The position numbers were made by a program, and so were the translations under genes. DNA of 64,000 bases from Ptychomitrium polyphyllum (taxonomy: Eukaryota): positions 10,788,001-10,852,000 of the forward strand of contig OZ316775.1 in assembly GCA_973851085.1 (NCBI GenBank). The letters are read 5' to 3'. Below, piece by piece: positions 28,631 through 42,792 of the stretch. The notes beneath the pieces were generated by a model, which was given only the letters and a program-made list of their open reading frames with translations, made no database searches and was not told the DNA's origin. Each line of letters starts with the position of its first letter. Position 1 is the first letter of the stretch.

Positions 28631-29534
28631 GGCTGCAAGCCCCTCCTCCTCGGGGCTCAGCAGCTCAAGGGGTGCGTCGTCGCCGGAACAGCGGAACAGA
28701 GGACAGAATCTCCGAAGAGCTCCGTGCATGGCTTGCGTCGCCTCTTATGGCCCCGCCTCCATTCTCCCACTTAGGGCTTCATCCACTCCTGAAGTGCACG
28801 CCCCATTCATCCCCTTCTCAGCAGGACCAGCCCCTGCAGTTTCCAGTAGGGTGGTCCCACTGCCTAGACTTTCTTCGACGCCCGGCCTCAGGTGTCCCCT
28901 CACGTGTGATACGAATGCCCTATGAAATGTGAAATGACAAATGCAATCACAGCGTCGGGCTGCTTCACACTATGTCCCGTTGTCCACTGAGAAGAAAGCT
29001 GAAGGTGGATGAAAGATTGAGTTGGGTGCTTACAGTGTAGTAGTTGTTATGGGAAGAACTTTATTTGTTGGGCGCTTTTAAGAGCGCATTTAAAATGACG
29101 AGTCAAGAGTTGGTCCACGGAAACACTTTTTCCATCTTCATTATATTGATATTTTTCCAACTTTTCCTGTATCTTGTTCTCTGCGTGAAGTATCCACGTC
29201 TTGGACTGAGTTTGTGGGCTTGTCCTATTTTCCACATGACAAGGAGTGAAACAGCTTACTGAACTACTTTTCTAATTGCAGTTTTGGCTTGTGACCTTGC
29301 GATATGCTTAGTTTCTTAGAACCCACTTTGAACAACTTTATAGTTACTATTATTAGGGATGTTCGAGTGGACAGTTGAGGCTTACCTGATTCTCAATATT
29401 TTTATATATGTTTATACATATATATATATTGTGTATATAGATAACTTCATCTACACGTATTTGTTAATGGAGGAGGCTTGTAAGTTGTTATATTGCGTAT
29501 ACGAAGTTATTCATTTTGTAGAAGGCTGGCAAGC

Positions 29535-29760
29535 CCCACGTGGCCGTGTCTAGTGTGACTGGAAGCGTATTTTCATTTATTCAACAAAATAGTTCATCCG
29601 TCGGACATTCTGCGTCAGCACGTTGATTAATCGCATGCATGCATACATGCAGGGGAGATGTTGCAATTAAATTCTTGCTGAGCCTTGCTTGGCCATCATG
29701 CATCATGCGTTACGTATTTAGGACGTTGACACCGTGCATGCATGCTCACTGACGTGCTCT
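29535..29760 (+). promoter_or_regulatory. Cluster of an ABRE/G-box and RY (CATGCA)-type motifs upstream of the MFS transporter gene
   Basis: CACGTGGC at 29537-29544. CATGC(A) recurs at ~29634-29650, 29697-29709 and 29736-29745, and TGACGTG occurs at ~29750. Confidence 0.45.
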
Positions 29761-30272
29761 TTAATTGCATGGATAGCACCCCTCGTCCGATCAGACTCCC
29801 ACCACCTTTCCGAGGTTTGCAATTCACGGCCGAATCCCTGCATGATTGGTCCTGGTTCCCGTCGGTGTGGATATCTCAAGCTCCGATGATATTGACGGAG
29901 CTCGATCTTTGTGGTGTATCATGCTGTGAGTTCGGAAACCGATTCATGTAACTTCTGCTGTGTAGCGTAGGATCACATGTTAAGTCTATTGAACGGAACA
30001 GGGTGATCAATCAACTCGAGTGCAGGGAATCAGTGAAAATGCAAATCCTAAATTTATTGTTCCAAAGCCGGCTTTGTGAATTGCAAGGACAGTTTGATTG
30101 GTTCCAAGTCTGGTTCATTGTAGAGAATTTTCAGTTTTCACGTGTAAGTATGTAGTCAAGCAATCCTGAAGAATACTTCATTGTTTTGTGTGGAGGGTGT
30201 CGTCCAGGATGAAATTCGTGTACAGAGAAGATTTGTAAGAGGGAGAAGGTGAGTCGTCGTTTCGCAATAACA

Positions 30273-33200
30273 ATGCGGAATCATGCGGAGGACTGCGGTG
30301 ATGTTAGCTGCCATCAAACATCGTTCATTATGATGAAACCCTTGGATGGGTGTGCTGATGATGCATGCTCCCCTAGCGCAAATGACTCTTTGGTTGTAGT
30401 GGAGCCTAACCTACTGCCTCAAAGACAGCTCTTCTTGATATGGTATCCGTTTCTGTAAAATACTGACTTAATCAAATTGGTAGCCTGAAAGTCTCGTTGC
30501 TCTGTTTTAGTGGTAACTGGAGCAGAATATAATCAAAAGGCAGCGTGGTTCTAGGTGCCATCCAGTTTCTGCATTCAGAATACGGCTTGTCTAAATGCAG
30601 GACGAATGTTCGCAATTGAGATAATATTAGGTGATCTACTTATGTGGGCATGAGTTTTCAAAAAAATTATCAGAGATGATCTTCATAGTAATTCAGTGGC
30701 GGCATGCAGGCTCATTCATGCAAGCCAAGGATTCCAAACGACAATGCTCTTTCCCATGGTGAGTGAACCTGCTGACCAACATGTTGTCCCTCATCGAGTG
30801 GGTTTGGGAATAGATATGACGCTCTTCTTCAGCTTTACATGCAACCAATTACGAAACACATTGATTAAATCTTGCAGTTTAAATGTTTTTGGCAGTTGGT
30901 GTTTATGGTGGAGAAGTACGGCGTCACGGGTGTCGGTGGGATGGCCATAGGTTGGCGTGCAGGACTTCTGGTAAGGGACCACCACCGTCTGGCCTCGGCA
31001 TAATCTCCTTTTGATCGTCCTGTTATACCTAACTTGTTTGTAAAGGATCACATGTTGTCCATCATTGACAAAGTGTGTGCTTGCCGTAGAAATGAATTTG
31101 TAACCTTAGTTTTGAAGTTTTATGTTTGACATGGTCAAGGACAGGCATCACTGTTTCCATTGGCACAATTCTGCACTTCCATGATGTGGGGCGTCATCTC
31201 TGATAAGACCGGCCGGAAGGTGAATCCTCGTCAGTCCAAAGTCACATACTGCTAGCCCTATTTCACAGCATTCAAATTTCCGAGTCATGAATTATGTGAT
31301 TAGAGTGCTTGCCCTTGCTTTTCTCTGATAACTGAAAGGATAGCTTCTTGGCTGACTAATTGATGCTTTTCAGCAGTAACCATAACACTAAAAACGTTTT
31401 AACATTGAAGAAAAGAGTTATGGCATTGTGATCGGAGTTTGCAGCCGTGGATGGCCTTCGGTTGCTCAGTTAGCGCAGTTTCAGCTCTCCTTCTGGGCAT
31501 CTGCACCACCTACCGAGGTGCCTGCTATCTTCGATTTTTCGGGGGCCTGCTCAATGGCACCCTCACTGTCACTAAGTCTGCACTTGCTGAACTCTGCGAC
31601 GGGTACCACTGCCATGTTTCCTTTCTCATATTGGTTTTTCTGAGAGATGTATTGAGAAGACCAAGGTTAAAACATAGATTCAGGACTAGTATAAATAGGT
31701 CCCTTGTGTTACAGGGAAACAAGGATTTATTGCACGAAGCTTGTTCATTACTTGCATCTGAACGTTCACGAATTGATATACTAATTGCAGACAATCTTCA
31801 TCTTCCATAAAATAGTCAAGGTGTGAAACAATCAATGGTTTAAGTATAAACTAAGGAGGCCGGTTTTGTGAAACTTTGAGTTTCTTTAGAATTCTTTAGA
31901 ATTTACTATGAATCAGACAATGATGTGCTTGCGACAGAGGATTGGAGTTTGCACGTTGATGGAAGCCACATGGTCATCTTCTGCAGAACAAATCAAGCCA
32001 AAGGATTTGGAATCTTAAACCTGGCGTGGGGCATCGGTTCCGTCGCCGGCCCTGTTCTTTCCGGACTCGTGGCACAGCCGTGTATACAGTACAAGATGAG
32101 AAACTGTCCATCCGTTCTGGAAGAGTACCCATTTTTGCTTCCCTGCATTGGTGCTGCCATTTTCTCCTTAGCCGGCGTAATGGCGTCGTTAGCGTTCAGA
32201 GAAACCAACCCCAAATTCTTGAGAGTAAGTAACAAACTTTTTTTTACAGTACATCTTAAACATGATAGCAGATGACAGGATTTATCCATTCATTGCGTGG
32301 ATTACTCCTAGTTTGTGACCTGAGTATGAGCCCTAATTTGTACCATGGTACCTCACCCAGACATCGTACAACAGGATTTCCGATGTAGGCCAAATCGAGG
32401 ATCAGCAGAGGCAGTCACTACAAGCCGAAAGCACTGAAGACCGCAAAGATGTCCAACTGACAAGCCAAAGCTGCAAACAGAAACTTATCGTCGTCATATC
32501 AGCTGATGAACGATCTGCAGCGAAGCATTTGATGGCCTCGGAGGCATGCGCAAGCACAGAATGTGGAGGTAGCCTTCGCAGGAAAGGAGATGAGCAGCAT
32601 GACTCAAAGAGTACCCGGTTTACGTGGATTGACCGCAATGTATTAATGGCATCGTTTTGTTACTCCATGACAGGCCTGATCTTCATTATCACTGGTAATA
32701 ATTTGATTCGTTGATAGTTTCGTCTTTCAGTTACTATTACGTCTTCCAGCAGCGCTTGAAATGGTGCACAATTTGTTGGTTGCGCACTTGAAGGATAAGC
32801 ATGTCGTGTTCTTATATCTTTCATGTCAAGCAATAAGAGTATTGACAGCAGAGTGACATGTTTACATACTTCCTGTTTGCAGATGAGCTATTTCCAATGT
32901 TTGGAGCAGCATCAAAAGCAGTCGGTGGTCTTAGCTTCTCCTCGTCTGCGTTAGGCCTGATATTGGGAGAGGGCGGGGTCGTCCTTTGTCTCTACACTCT
33001 CATCTTTTATCCGAAGGTCTCCCGCCGTCTCGGCCCTCTCAAGTGCTTCCGAGTGGGGATCCTCTCCACCATTCCTCTTTGGATCTGTTTTCCCGTGAGC
33101 TCGTTGCTTGGTCATGCCCCATTCCTTCAGTGGTGCCTCCTGTTGGCTTGCATGGCAGCCCGCAGCGTATCTGCTTGCACCTGCTTCACAGGAGTCTTGA

Positions 33201-33484
33201 TTCTGGTCAGTAACTCCGCATCACCCGAGAACATGGGAGCCGTGACAGGGTTGAGCCACAGTTGTTGCAGTTTCTTCCGAGCAATTGGCCCTGCAATCGG
33301 TGGCCTCGTCTGGTCATTCGCATCAGGGAAGCGTTTCTTTTTGCACCAGTTCCTGGCATGGGAATTTGTGGTAATGTTATCCGCTTTAACCTACGGTTTT
33401 TCATTCTATCTTCCACCTACGTTGACACAGCCTAAGCGTGTGGCTCTCAGGATTGAAGAACCCACAGAACATCTCCGTAGCTAA
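30273..33484 (+). CDS. Major facilitator superfamily transporter, ZINC-INDUCED FACILITATOR-LIKE (ZIF1/ZIFL/TOM1) type
   Basis: Eight frame-compatible exons at about 30273-30442, 30710-30758, 30896-30970, 31145-31219, 31445-31602, 31987-32225, 32361-32694, 32883-33484. Motif A-like WGVISDKTGRKP, RFFGGLLNG, AWGIGSVAGPVLSGLVAQP, YPFLLPC and RAIGPAIGG, plus many hydrophobic helices. The start codon is uncertain because a strong donor AAG|GTGAGT sits at 30249. Confidence 0.88.
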
Positions 33485-33927
33485 GCTCCAAGCTTTAGAA
33501 CTCACTTTCTGTGTCTGAAGTCAGTTATCGTGCACATAAACAGAAATGTTCCTCCTGCTCCACCAACCTGAACTTTACACATATAAACACCCCTATGTAA
33601 TCATCCTACACCTAATTAAAATGATAAGAACGCATAAACTCCTACGAAACATAAAAGATTAAAGGAGCACATGACACTAAATACCAAACTGCGAACATGA
33701 CAAGTTCCCTTAGCAACTGAAAGAACTATTTTGATAACCGAAGGGTGAAATCCCTGAGTAGATAATTACAACGGTCACTTTCATTTTAGCAGACTATGTC
33801 ATGCGACTATTATTCGCCTGGTTCACTGTCTTATAACTAAAGGGATGATCCTATTTGTATTGAAAAGGAATCTACAAAACCAAATAGAAATGAACCGTGA
33901 CCCAAGATGTCACAATGGTACGAGAAA

Positions 33928-35356
33928 CTATGCTAAAAACTTTTGACAACGGGTATCAGTGTGCAATGTTTGACACCGAGAGCAGCAAAACCGTGCACCA
34001 CATCGAGGACATGTATATGGGGCAAGGTAGCCACAAACACTACAGAAATGCCGGCGTGCACCCACACTAGGAGGTCCAACTGCTGCACGTAAGTAAGAGG
34101 GCGCATTAGGTGGTAATGACTCCAGGTTGGCCTGCATATCACAACTCTTTACATTAGTTGGGTCTCTAATCCCAAAACTGCAGTTCATATAACTATACAA
34201 CCAGATGGGCTTTAATTTCTGTAGTAACCGAATACAAAAACCGTCTGTAACCAATAAAAGACGGAGGCAGAGGCAGAGGTAGAGTAGAGGTATTGTGCCT
34301 CTTGTAACAAGTCTAAGAAGCCTCTTGGAGCCTTCTTTGTTGAAGCAACTTGTTCCAGTGCTCTAGCTTGCCTAGTTTTTCGTTTGGATCCTTTGGGTGT
34401 CTTTTTCAGTGTCGGCCCTGGAATACACAGCATCAAGTTAGTATGATAAACATCATGTCCAATCTGAAGGCACTAAGTACATTATGCTCGCAGCTCTGCT
34501 ATAAGGTATCACCCACTTAAGCCAGTCTGAATAGTCCAATCTCACCACAAGGATTATCACTTAAAGTATTTATAAAAACAATAGAGTGGCTGAAGTGTGA
34601 ATATGCTTGAAATAAGAACTATACACTGACTGTAAAGCAGGAAAAATACTCTTGGAAAAGATAAATAAAGAATCAAGTGACAAAAAAAGTCTCAGGCTAC
34701 AACACAAGAAAAGAAAATGTTAAGGTACTCCGACTTACTTTCGTCCTCGTCCATGGAGGCTTCATCGTCATCGTCAATGTCGACTGCCTCGTACAAAACC
34801 GTGTCCTTCTCCAAAGCTTCCAGACGAGCTGCTGCTGCCTGCAACCGTTCACTTCAGCTCTCTACCTTCCCACACCGACAAATGTTCGTTCCTACAAGTG
34901 CTACTCCACTCATTTCTGACCCACAACGATGTATAAACTTCATGAAATTACAGATAAGTCAAAGAGTTACGGAGCTGCTGATTATATCATTAACCACATA
35001 TCAAAGGAGCTGCTGGTACAGCGCGCTGTGAAATGAATCGGAGTTACGGAGCTGAAGAAACAGAAGGTTCCCGTCCAGAATTCACAGGTGCAAACCAAAT
35101 CAAAATAGTCCCGTAGATGAGGAAATCACCAAGAAAAGCTCATAATAGCTGTGATAACCACGCCAAGTGTGCACTCACACCCAAGACCTAAATTCCTAAA
35201 AATCAGTCGCTGAACTATCCTCGTCTACTCCAGGGAACTGGAAGATACCTGTGCACGCATGTTGCTGTCCTGAAGGGCAGCTCCCACCTTGGGCGCCACC
35301 TTGCGAACTCGGCCAGACGCTCTTCGAACCGCTCCTCCCTCGCCATGTTCCTCCAT
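33928..35356 (-). CDS. SWC6: SWR1 complex subunit 6 (SEF/SWC6/ZNHIT1), HIT-type zinc finger
   Basis: Exons 35356-35249, 34838-34739, 34417-34299, 34131-33928. Translation ...RVRKVAPK...AAAARLEALE...KGSKRKTRQARALE...LLQEANLESLP...YLRAAVGPPS...FCSVCGY...CPRCGARFCCSRCQTLHTDTRCQKFLA is colinear with Arabidopsis SEF as recalled. Confidence 0.95.
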
Positions 35357-35799
35357 GACCACGCCCACCACCCAACAACAACTAACAGACCGTCTCTTTT
35401 CAGTTCCTTTCAGCTCCTCCAAGCTCCCCTTTCACTATCTATCACCTCCTCCTCGCACTCCGCGAACTGCAACTCCGCCGAACATCACATCCTCCTCGAA
35501 CCGGTCCCCACTTCAGAGGTTGGAGTTGAAGCGGCAAGTGACCTCCAACGCCATAGTCAGGCTTGGCGTTGCGAACGAAGATCGTCTCACATCACTAGAA
35601 AGTGACGAGCTGCGGTGAGAGAGACGGAGCCCCAAACCCTAAGTCACAAGACCCGGGTTAACAGAGGACCGCAGGATATACCGACCGGCTTAATCTCATG
35701 GAGCTGCTACAGTCATCCTTTGGATTCGAACCTTCGCGGTCCAGAAACCGGACTAGGGGTTCCCTAATTTGTTCTGTTCTCATGAATTCCATACTTCTA

Positions 35800-38700
35800 T
35801 GCTTAAAAAAGCACCTTCATATAGAAACTACTTTAAAGGCTTATTATTTTTTAACTTTTATTACTTTGAGTATTTAATTATTATCATTATATTCTTTTAA
35901 AATTTCTTAATTTCTTTAAAACTAAGTCTTTTGCAAGTTTATCATGCTAAAGAATTTTTTTTCCATAAAGCTAACTTTGATGAATATTATTTACAATGTT
36001 ATAGTTTGATTGTTATGGACATAACTCATGATGCTTTATAAGCCAAAATCTCATGGATGTTGGAAATTTTGGCCTCTTTTTCTTTTTTAGCCTCATCTAC
36101 TTCTCTTTTCTCATTTTGTTATGTCTTTTGAAAAAACATGCTAAAAATGTATTGCATTGAATGTTTTTTTTTTTTCAATTCTATAGTATTTCTTTCATAT
36201 TCAGATGGTGCTTGATATATAATTATTATTCAATATTTTGCTTTTTATGGTTGTAAGATATTCACTAATAGAACAGGTTTGTATCTTGTACAAAAAGACC
36301 TTATATATAAAATAATTGTTATTAAAAATATTTGATATAAATTTGCACATAGATTAGTTTTCAATTACAATTTGCAATATTAATATATATAAGATACAAT
36401 AAGAGAAATATGCAAATGACCATTATTGCCCAAGCTTTGGCAATGGAATCATTTTTTGTGAAAATATTAAATTAATAATGAAAATAAGTATGGATTTGAG
36501 TATACGATCACTATTTTGCATGCATATTTTTTTTACAATAAAGTAGACAATTTCATTAAAAAAAAAACATATAAAGATGGCACAACAATTTAGCTAAATA
36601 TATAAAGAATAATATATTATGAAAAAAACAATTCGAGTATAGTAACTTCTTTCATTAATATGTTTATTATACGTATGCATTTGGTCAAAATGATTAGATA
36701 TAAATCTAAAGCATTTTTTTTCAAAAAAACATAGATGCATTACAAAGCTTCCATTAAACAACTTTTTCAACCAAATATAGCAAAAAAAGCCAATTAATAT
36801 GTTAATTATACTTAAAAAAAAACTAGCACATGGATGAAAAGATTTACAAATAAGTTGGTAGGAAGTTTGTTTATTAATTCTAAACATTTAAAGAATTGAA
36901 ATTAATTAAAATTTATTTGAATGAAGGATTCAATATTAAATAAGTTTATTTAGGAATGAAAAATCAATTAGGTTGATATGAAAATATGAAGTGAATAAGA
37001 TCCATGATAGCTTTGTAGAAATGAAAGAAGTGTTATGTTATGACATTAGATTAAAAATAATAGTGTATGTTAACACCTCAATGATTCTGATAGCGAAAAA
37101 ATGTGGCCTAAAGAGCATCCAAAGAATTTTTTTGAACATGAGAAGAATGAAAAGACAAATTTATCCTTTATTCTTAGTATTTAAATATCTTAGCAAAAAG
37201 AAATGATGGCAAAATATGGATGCAATCAAGCCATATGTATGATGCTATTTTTGGTTCCAATTTTTTAAAATATTATTGATTTTTTTGCTTATCTTTGATG
37301 ATTGGAAGATTGATGTTTATATAGTTTAGGTGCTTATAAATTAAAAGAAAAAGAAAAAAGACATAATGATGTGATTAAAACTATTAAGAAGACATTTATA
37401 AAATACATGGCAAATTTTCTTTTATCTTGTTTTATTGCAAATGGTGATAACTACTAGTAGAATGCTTAAAAGCAAGCCTAATTCAAGAATGAAGTGGTTG
37501 TATACTTGTGTAGCTTCCATATTCTAAGGAATTGGAAGAAATCTTATTTGAACTAAAAATTAAATTTTGGTACTTTTGAAAGAGCTTGTATACTTTTTCC
37601 TATACTTCCATTTAATATAAAAAATTGCATGAATAATTTTTTACTAAGCACCCACAATATAAATAAGTCTATATTAAAATTCTATTGCATTGAGGAAATA
37701 AATTATTACATCAAAATACACTATAACCATTAAGATTAATGATTCCTTTTTAAATTGCATTTATTTATTTATTTATAATTATTATAATTTTTATATTCCT
37801 AAATGTTTTGAAATATCTTTTTTAAAATTATACATTTGTGTATGAGCTTTATTGAATTTTTACATTGCAAAGATATGTATCTCATTAGCCAGTGTGATGA
37901 ACCAAGTTCTAATTAAGATACTTATGCAAACATTAAGTCATACCATAGAAATTTAATGTATTAGATGAAAATTTACAATCATCAACTTCTAAGGAAGAAG
38001 ATGAAATTTTTAATTTTTTCTCTTACTACAATAGCGGTTACATACTACAAATACAACTAAGTTAGGAAGTTGGAATTGTTTGGAATAAATTTAAAGACAA
38101 GATTGTCTTCATAGTAAAAGCAATGAAAAAAAATAAAAATTCCAAGCATATCTATTGCCACCATGATGAATGAAAGTGACAAGTTTAGTTGCAAATTATT
38201 CTTGAATATTGGTATGATATTCTAGATCCATATATCAAATATATTTCATGCTTTTTCAAATAGACAATTTAATAACATTTGAACAATCATCAAATTATGG
38301 TGGTAAAATCCGCTAAGAATATTTTATGGAATATTTTATTATAATTTCTTAGTAAATATTATAGTTCGATGCATGGAAATTAATACTTAAATATAGAGTT
38401 GTAATTGATCACTTCAATGTTTATAATAATAATAATAATAATAATGCTAGCAATGGAGACAATATTAATCAAGATGTCATATAAACAAATGCAACACTCT
38501 ACATTCCAAGTCCAAATTCTATTAAAATTAAAAGGAATTCAACAAAATTCAAAAATACAGTCATTAATTTTTTAATTTTAATTAAAAATTTGATAAAAGA
38601 GGCCAAAGAAGAGGCCATTAAAAAAAAGGTCCTACTTGTTCAATACAAGCAAGCTATACTGACAAAGGTGCTCATTGATATGAAATAAAATTTGAATTTC

Positions 38701-41700
38701 ATTAAGCTTCTTTTATTGTATATGGAAATTTGGCATATGATCAAAATATGTGCGTAAATTATCTTTTAAGTTCTTAGATCATTTAATTCTCCAATTGGCT
38801 TGATGTACAACCTTGTATAAGCATCCAATATTCCAATTCTTATTTTATACTTGTTTCTTAAATAATATCTCTTCACTTTTTTCTTTTTTTCTTTTTTCTT
38901 CCTATTATTTTCTTGTTGCTTTGCAACCATATCTGATAAGTACAATCCCAATTTGTGACTTTTCTAGTTGCACTTTAGTCTGCATCCTAATTAAATTGTT
39001 TATTCTTTCCTTCTTTTCTTTTAAATTCTTTTTCATTTCTTTCTTTACTTGTAATTTATTCTAATAAAATCTCTTCAACGTCTAACTTCTTTTAGACGGT
39101 TTTTGCTCCTCTCAAAGTTGTTTCTTCTCAATATCATTCATTTTTAATTCTCAATTCTTTATCATCCATTTTTGGCCTTGATGGTGTTTCCCATATCCTA
39201 ATGTCTTTAAATTATATTAGTATTATAATCTGGTCAATAACATAGAATCTATAAGGCTTCAATTTGTAGATATTAGCAAATAGTGGATTTAATTCAAGAT
39301 TATTTATAATGATCAATAGAACAATGTTATTGGAAAATCAATATAAAATCCTATACTATCAAAACCACCCACTCTTGAATTTCCAAGTATATTGCTTATG
39401 TTCCTTAAGGTACAACAATATATAGTTTCCTACTTGGAAATATATCTACTTATATTGGTATTAGTTCCAATATGACTTGTTTTATTGCTTTGCATTAGAG
39501 AGGTCACAAAATTCCACCTTTATTCATTAAGTTGTTCTAAATCAAATATATTTGAGGAATTACTACTTTAATATAAACATAATCCACCTTTCTATTTGGT
39601 TGGAGTTAAATTAATTATTGGCATTAAAAAATGCAATTTATAGATCATTATGAAGGACGTATGACTTATAATCACCTTATAAGCAACCTTGTAGGAGAAT
39701 GAGACAAAATGAAGGTGTTTATTGTAGTCAATTTTCTTGTCATTTGACTAATATAATTAGCAAGGTTGGCAATTTTAAAAGTTTGATTGCTATAGTAATT
39801 GGAAAAGTTTCTAAAATCAAATATAAATTTTCAAATAATATTATCAAATGTAACCTTCATAAATGAGTGATTCTAGTGTGAAGTCCTTATTTTCAAATTT
39901 GGATACAATAGTGTCCAAAATGTGTTAGGAACGCAAAAAATAAACTGTTAAACAAGCAATGGTTGCAAGAGTTAATTTCTTAGAAGCTACCAGATAAAAA
40001 GAATTGGTGCAAGAACTGTAAATAAAGTAATACAATGGATGTTTTCTACAACTCCTATTAACAAGGCTGAGGTATATTTCATTTTACCTCTAATATAGAC
40101 CATGAAGCATATGCTTCTTAAGATATTTATAAAAAAAACTTCTTATAAAGCTATAGAATTTGGAAGTTTATGGAACCTTTATAAAAAAATTATCAAAGAA
40201 GTGGAAGCTATTAAAGCTATTAGAAATTATAGAAAGCTTTTAAAAATCTATTAAAAGTTAGTAGAAGGCTCTTAGAGGTTATTGGAAGCTATTTGAAGGT
40301 TCTTCAAGACTATGTTGCATGATGTGTGTCCATGATATATAATGCTAAGCTAAGCCATCTGAAACTCTATCTAATTCATATTATTTACAATAGAATTCTT
40401 TTCCATCAAAACGTTATTGAGACGAAGTTATACTATTTTTTATACAATGGTCTTTAACAAAAGCTATACATTACATTTTATAACAAAACTGAGAAAGAAC
40501 AAATGCATTAATTATATAAAAGCTAAGGAATCTACATTGATGGTTGCATTCACCTACAATAGGCAGAATGCAAGGGCTTATGGTATAGTAGAAGTCAAAG
40601 TATGCGCCTTAGTAATAGAGTTAGTGATGATAACAATGTTGGTGGCAGAGGTGGCCCTTATTGCAATAGAGATGTAGATTGTAAACCTTACACTTAAGCA
40701 ATTTATATAGTTTAGTCTTGCATGACCATGTGCACATTGCTTAGTAATTGCACTTTTTATAATTATTATAATTAAATACATGGTTGAAATGTATACTATA
40801 TAAAATGCCACTAAAACAATTCATCATGTTGCACTTATGCAAGTTCATTTATTGTAAATTAGTGTTTCATAATTTGTTATAATTTGTTATAATTTGTTCC
40901 AAGTAAAAATCATGTTAGTTTTCTTTAATTTTGCAATTCTTCTCTTTTCTAATTACATATGAGTTTACTTTGCTAAATAATTTAAAAAACTAATATAAAT
41001 TTTTTTGAATATAATTGAGCTTTAAATTTGGATTTTTTCAGAATAATTTCTTAATTTTTAACCAAGGAATGTTGTTTTGAAAATATGCTTTAATTATTGC
41101 CTATTTCCAAAAAAACATATACAAACTTGCTATAAAAATATTATTTACAATGGTTGCAATAAAATATAACATATATAATCAAAAGATTTTTGTATAATAT
41201 GATTATTTGTAAACTCACTCATTTTTTAATTGAAGTATCCTTAAAGTTTCATCTACTTAATTAATATACATAGTTTAAAGCTTAGTCATTTGCTGTCAAA
41301 AATAAAGTAGATGAATTTATAGACAATTCTATTATAATAGGACAACAATTGTATGAGATATTGAAACAAAATTAATTCAACAATGTTTAAGACAAATTCT
41401 TCTTTAGGTACAAATGGAAGAATTGTGGACTTTCAACTATTAAGTTAAAACTATAGGCATTGTACAATTTTGAAAGGAAAAAACTACCATGTCCAATAGA
41501 AGCAATGTTGGGATAATTCTTAAACGTCCTTTACAAATCCTTGCATAAATTATTCACTTACATTTATTTCCTCAAAACATGGAAAAGGCAACAAAGGCAA
41601 TGGTAGGTTTTCAATTAAATATGATTCATTCTATAAACTTAGCTTTGCATCCTTAGCTAAGCAGCTTAGATACAAGAATTTCATCCTATTTGCAATGTCA

Positions 41701-42000
41701 TAGAGGAAATTCCATTTAATAAATGATGAAAAATTAAATAGAATAGAGTCATAGAAAAGTACAAGAAATTTACTGATTTTAGAATTATTAACAACTTTTA
41801 GCAACTCTTGAATGTACAAGAACATCTTAAATAACATAGAAGGTTCAAAATGAATGGTACTATTAGGCCTTATTTATTACCTTGTCCTTCACAACCTTGA
41901 AAAGAGCCATAGATTCCTTTCCTATTAATCTTTCAAGAAGGTTGGCTTATGTTTCTTTCAACTATAACAATCAAAAAAATAAAATAAAAAATATATATAT
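35800..42000. other. Very AT-rich tract, probably highly decayed transposon-derived sequence
   Basis: Composition shifts abruptly at both ends, CG dinucleotides are nearly absent, there are no credible ORFs, and a decayed LTR is embedded. No family could be assigned to the rest. Confidence 0.5.
39923..40337 (-). mobile_element. Degenerate solo LTR related to the Gypsy LTRs further right
   Basis: Starts TGTTAGGAAC and ends GACTATGTTGCATGATGTGTGTCCATGATA, matching the termini of the LTRs at 48520 and 55355. Decayed GGAAGC-type internal repeats are present. No clean TSD. Confidence 0.6.
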
Positions 42001-42792
42001 TAATTGTTTAAAACCTGAACAAACAAATCGTGATGGAGAATGAAAACTGTGTGTAATGTGTGTAATAAAAGTCATATACAAATATCCAAGGTGCAAAAGA
42101 AAATTCTGTGCATAACTTTCTCAAAAAGAACGTTCCTAAGCGGAACTCTGTAGGCGGGACATTACTTGGAATAGGACATTCTGTTCAGGACATTGAGACA
42201 GAGATGTATGACAAATGTGCCATATTCGTCAATGTCCTGGGTTTAAGTAAACTCCATCAAAACAAACTGGGATAACGGCTGATTGTCCTGTCGGGATGTA
42301 GCGAGTTTTCCTTATGGTTTACCAACACAAGATTTGTTGACGAATGTTACCAGACTTTATAACAATTTACTGTCTTCTATGTAAATACCGGCTCGTCGGC
42401 AGAAAAACTAGAAAAATGGCCAGACATTTCACCCAGCAGGCACGTATCTCACAATATTACGCTGCCTCCTCATGATTCTACTTCCACTATTCTGAAGTTC
42501 CAGCAGCAGCACGTTGGTAAAGACACCTAAAGAATTGTGTAGTACAGAACGAGACTCGTTGATAACGACGTTTAAACTCCAAAAGAAACTATGTGAAGCT
42601 GAAGTTACTAGGCAGCCAAGTTCTCTGCCTTCGTTGCACATTCTCTATTACTACATATACATTGGTGATGTACAGGATCTGGCCCGAGCGGCCCGGATAC
42701 TAACCCGGATTGGAACGCTGCTGAGCAGAATGCCAAGCAAATTTGAGATCAAAATAGGGATGAAGGGCCCTAGGCAGAAATTTTGCATCAAT

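Noticed and set aside
35715..35760. GGTTCGAATCC (B-box / tRNA T-loop) on the minus strand upstream of SWC6
   Set aside because: Only two stem base pairs flank the loop, and no acceptor, D or anticodon arms can be folded.
38766..39700. Possible retroelement gag/protease remnant on the minus strand in the AT-rich tract
   Set aside because: Too degraded to identify a diagnostic motif by eye; left under the generic decayed-TE call.
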